Below are positions 61,908 through 64,000 of a stretch of 64,000 nt of DNA, piece by piece. Positions within the stretch are counted from its first letter, which is position 1. Each line of letters opens with the position of its first letter. Under the pieces are notes generated by a model. That model was not told the DNA's origin. It was given only the letters and a program-made list of their open reading frames with translations, and did no database searches. The translations under genes were made by a program, and so were the position numbers. Origin of the DNA: Pseudomonadota bacterium (lineage in GTDB: Bacteria > Myxococcota_A > Bradymonadia > Bradymonadales > GCA-2716585); NCBI GenBank assembly GCA_005804885.1, contig SYOX01000269.1, positions 9,037 to 73,036 of the forward strand, written 5' to 3'.

Positions 61908-63296
61908 TCAGATCATCCCGAGGACGGTCTGCATCAGCTCATCGGCCACGCGGACCAGCCGGCTGGCCGCCTCGAAGCCCTGTTGAAACTTCACGAGGTC
62001 TGCCATCTCCTCGTCGAGGCTCACCCCGCGGGTCGACTCGCGCAGGCTCTCGAAGGTCTGAGCCCTGGCCTCGGCGGACTCCAGCCCGTCGAAGGTCTGA
62101 TCGACCGCCTGCCCCGCCGAGATCTGGAGCGCCGTCAGCGCCTCCTCGACGCTCCTCCCCGCCAGCCCCCCGATCGCGCGCTCGCGGACCTCGGCGAGCT
62201 CAATCGACAGCTCCGAGCCCCCCGGCAGGCGCCCGGCCTGTCGGGTGGCCGCGATCGCGCCAGGGTCCGCCGTGATCGCCGCCGAGACGTCGATCCGCCC
62301 TGCGGCGCCCTCCTGCTCATCCACGCCCTCGAAGAAGGCGCGCCCCGTGGCGCCGTCGAGGCCGACGCCCTGGCGGTGCAGCTCGTCCACGGCCCCGGCC
62401 AGCCCGAAGGCCAGCGCGTCGAGCGCCTCGATGGCGCCTCGGATGTCCTCGTCGTGGGCCTTGATCAGCCCGCCCACCTCGCCGCGGGCGTCCTGGGCGC
62501 GCAGCGCCACGGGCGGCCCGCCGGGTCCGGCCAGGCGCAGGTCAAGGCGATCGTCGACGACCTGGAGCTGGAGCTTGCTGGAGCGCGCGCCGCTGACCAG
62601 CGAGGCCCCCGAGGCCAGCGACACCGACACCGCCCCGTCGCCGTGCTCGATGACCCGCGCCCCGATCAACCCCGACAGCTCGTCCAGCGCCTTGTCGCGC
62701 TCGTCGCGCAGCTCGGCCGCCTCGACATCGCCAACCTCGGCCACGGCGAGGTCGCCGTTGATCCGGGCGACCCGCTCGGACAGCGCGTTGACCCGCTGGA
62801 GGCCGTCCCTCAAGGTCTGCTCGACCGGCCCGCGCATCGCGTCGAGCTCGGCGCGGGTCTGACGAAAGGACTCCGAGAGCACCTGCCCGCGATGAACCAC
62901 CTCGGCGCGCTCAACGTCGCCATCCGGGCGGCTCGACAGCTGCCCGAAGGCGTCAAAGAAGCCGTCGAGCGCCGCCGCCAGCCCCGCGCCCTCCGGGGCC
63001 ACCACGGCCTCGATGGTCTCCAGCGTCGCGCGGCGCCCCTGATGAAAGGAGACCTCCTCGCGCGCCTGCCGCACCGTCCTGTTCGAGAGCAGATCGACCA
63101 CCCGCCGAGGCTGCTCAAGGTTCACCCCCGACGCCGTCATGCGCCCCGCGCCGAGGCCCAGGCTCGACAGGGTCCCTCGCCGTCGGCTGTAACCGACCGT
63201 GGCGGCGTTGGTGGCGTTCTGCCCAGACAGCTCCATCGCCGCCCGGTGCGCCCCCATGGCGTGTCGACCTGTATTGAGGATGTTGCTGATGGGCAT
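61908..63296 (-). CDS. flgK: Flagellar hook-associated protein 1 (FlgK)
   Basis: MPISNILNTGRHAMGAHRAAMELSGQNATNAATVGYSRR N-terminus and a C-terminal VSLDEEMADLVKFQQGFEAASRLV helix. Confidence 0.85.
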   Translation of the reverse strand: MPISNILNTGRHAMGAHRAAMELSGQNATNAATVGYSRRRGTLSSLGLGAGRMTASGVNLEQPRRVVDLLSNRTVRQAREEVSFHQGRRATLETIEAVVAPEGAGLAAALDGFFDAFGQLSSRPDGDVERAEVVHRGQVLSESFRQTRAELDAMRGPVEQTLRDGLQRVNALSERVARINGDLAVAEVGDVEAAELRDERDKALDELSGLIGARVIEHGDGAVSVSLASGASLVSGARSSKLQLQVVDDRLDLRLAGPGGPPVALRAQDARGEVGGLIKAHDEDIRGAIEALDALAFGLAGAVDELHRQGVGLDGATGRAFFEGVDEQEGAAGRIDVSAAITADPGAIAATRQAGRLPGGSELSIELAEVRERAIGGLAGRSVEEALTALQISAGQAVDQTFDGLESAEARAQTFESLRESTRGVSLDEEMADLVKFQQGFEAASRLVRVADELMQTVLGMI

Positions 63297-63359
63297 CTCT
63301 CTCTCCCTGCTTGCGATCTCCACATCGGCAGCGCGAGCCCGTGGCTTGAGCCAAAGCCC

Positions 63360-63755
63360 TCAACCCCTCCAGATCAGCGAGCCGCTCGGCGCTCCAGAGG
63401 GCCTCGACAGCCCTGAGGCCGCGTAGACCGACACGAGGGGGCGCTCCAGGCCCTCGATCATCTGTCGGACCGCCGCCTGCGCCCCCTTGAGCAGCTCCAC
63501 ATTGCCCGCCGCGATCGCCCAGGCCCGCTTGTAGAGCCGCCCCTCGTCCTCCTCCACCGGCTCGCGCGCGGACCAGTCGAGCGCGCGCTGGGCCAGCGCC
63601 TCCCGGCGGCGGCTCCACTGCGCCATCCCGTCCAGGTCGAGCGCGGTGATGTGCTCGCGCTCTCGCTGGGCGCACTCAAGGAGCAGCTCGGCCAGCGCCG
63701 CGTGATCAAGCGGCTCGTCGTCGGAGGGGAGCGCGGGGGGAGGTGTCAGGTTCAT
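63360..63755 (-). CDS. FlgN-like export chaperone (assigned mainly by position between flgM and flgK)
   Basis: 131-aa helical acidic protein in the flgM-flgN-flgK slot. Only weak sequence recognition. Confidence 0.45.
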   Translation of the reverse strand: MNLTPPPALPSDDEPLDHAALAELLLECAQREREHITALDLDGMAQWSRRREALAQRALDWSAREPVEEDEGRLYKRAWAIAAGNVELLKGAQAAVRQMIEGLERPLVSVYAASGLSRPSGAPSGSLIWRG

Positions 63756-63891
63756 GGTGCCTTCTCTGGTGCTCGGCCCTGCGAGGGCGCGCCTGATCCA
63801 GAGGTCGGCATGATCGGGCGGGGGCTGTAATTACAAACGCCCGAGCGGGGTTGCGCTCGGGCGTTCAGGGCGGGCGATCTCCCAGGAGGCG

Positions 63892-64000
63892 TCAGCCATT
63901 CAGGTCGCCGCTGAGCATCAGCATGGCCGCCACGGCCTTGGCGTCGACCTTGTACTGGCCCTTCTGGATCATGCGGCGCAGGCGAGCGACCTTCTCCATG
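63892..64000 (-). CDS. flgM: Anti-sigma-28 factor FlgM, C-terminal part (5' end outside the window)
   Basis: The minus strand reads ...EKVARLRRMIQKGQYKVDAKAVAAMLMLSGDLNG*, matching the FlgM C-terminal pattern KV..lk..I..G.Y.VD...iA..Ml. Confidence 0.65.
   Translation of the reverse strand, partial: MEKVARLRRMIQKGQYKVDAKAVAAMLMLSGDLNG

Noticed and set aside
61527-63416. 629-aa plus-strand ORF
   Set aside because: It is antisense to flgL and flgK.

Overview
High-GC bacterial chromosome segment (about two-thirds G+C by eye, not computed). Because of the GC content, nearly every real gene is shadowed by long antisense ORFs, which I rejected. The gene content looks deltaproteobacterial or myxobacteria-like: a MYXO-CTERM-like sorting tail, a huge TSP3-repeat surface protein, LRR and beta-propeller proteins, and a retron. 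The window also carries flagellar hook-associated genes, so I do not assign a taxon. Layout from left to right:
- 1-5.4 kb: the conserved rpmH-rnpA-yidD-yidC-jag-mnmE cluster.
- 5.6-11 kb: a PrsW-type protease, a Cys-rich lipoprotein and a 1192-aa TSP3 protein.
- 11-11.5 kb: a palindromic repeat element, with a second, inverted copy at 42.7-43.1 kb.
- 11.5-35 kb: recN, a dsbD-like gene, a YihY-family gene, a TMEM43-like gene, a di-heme cytochrome, a four-FHA ABC transporter, a Fur-family regulator, a WGR/beta-propeller protein, a THUMP methyltransferase, a PLP decarboxylase and an exonuclease/GIY-YIG fusion.
- 35-42.7 kb: an oxidoreductase, an LRR protein with a methyltransferase, and a penicillin-acylase-family protein.
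- 42.7-43.8 kb: a repeat-dense 1.1-kb gap.
- 43.8-48.3 kb: a DUF362/methyltransferase/membrane-protein operon and a PQQ-like propeller protein.
- 56.5-64 kb: an Slt-type transglycosylase and fliW-csrA-flgL-flgK-flgN-flgM.
The most interesting locus is 48.3-56.5 kb. A WGR + helical-repeat giant and a SWIM zinc-finger protein are translationally coupled. They run directly into a textbook retron: a 28-nt inverted-repeat pair flanking an msr region and a 114-nt msd hairpin, then a retron-type reverse transcriptase with N- and C-terminal extensions. A stand-alone GroES-like gene and a MobA-like gene follow. I propose the WGR/SWIM pair as the retron's partner (effector or sensor) module. All calls rest on motif recognition in the supplied translations and direct reading of the DNA; no searches were run.
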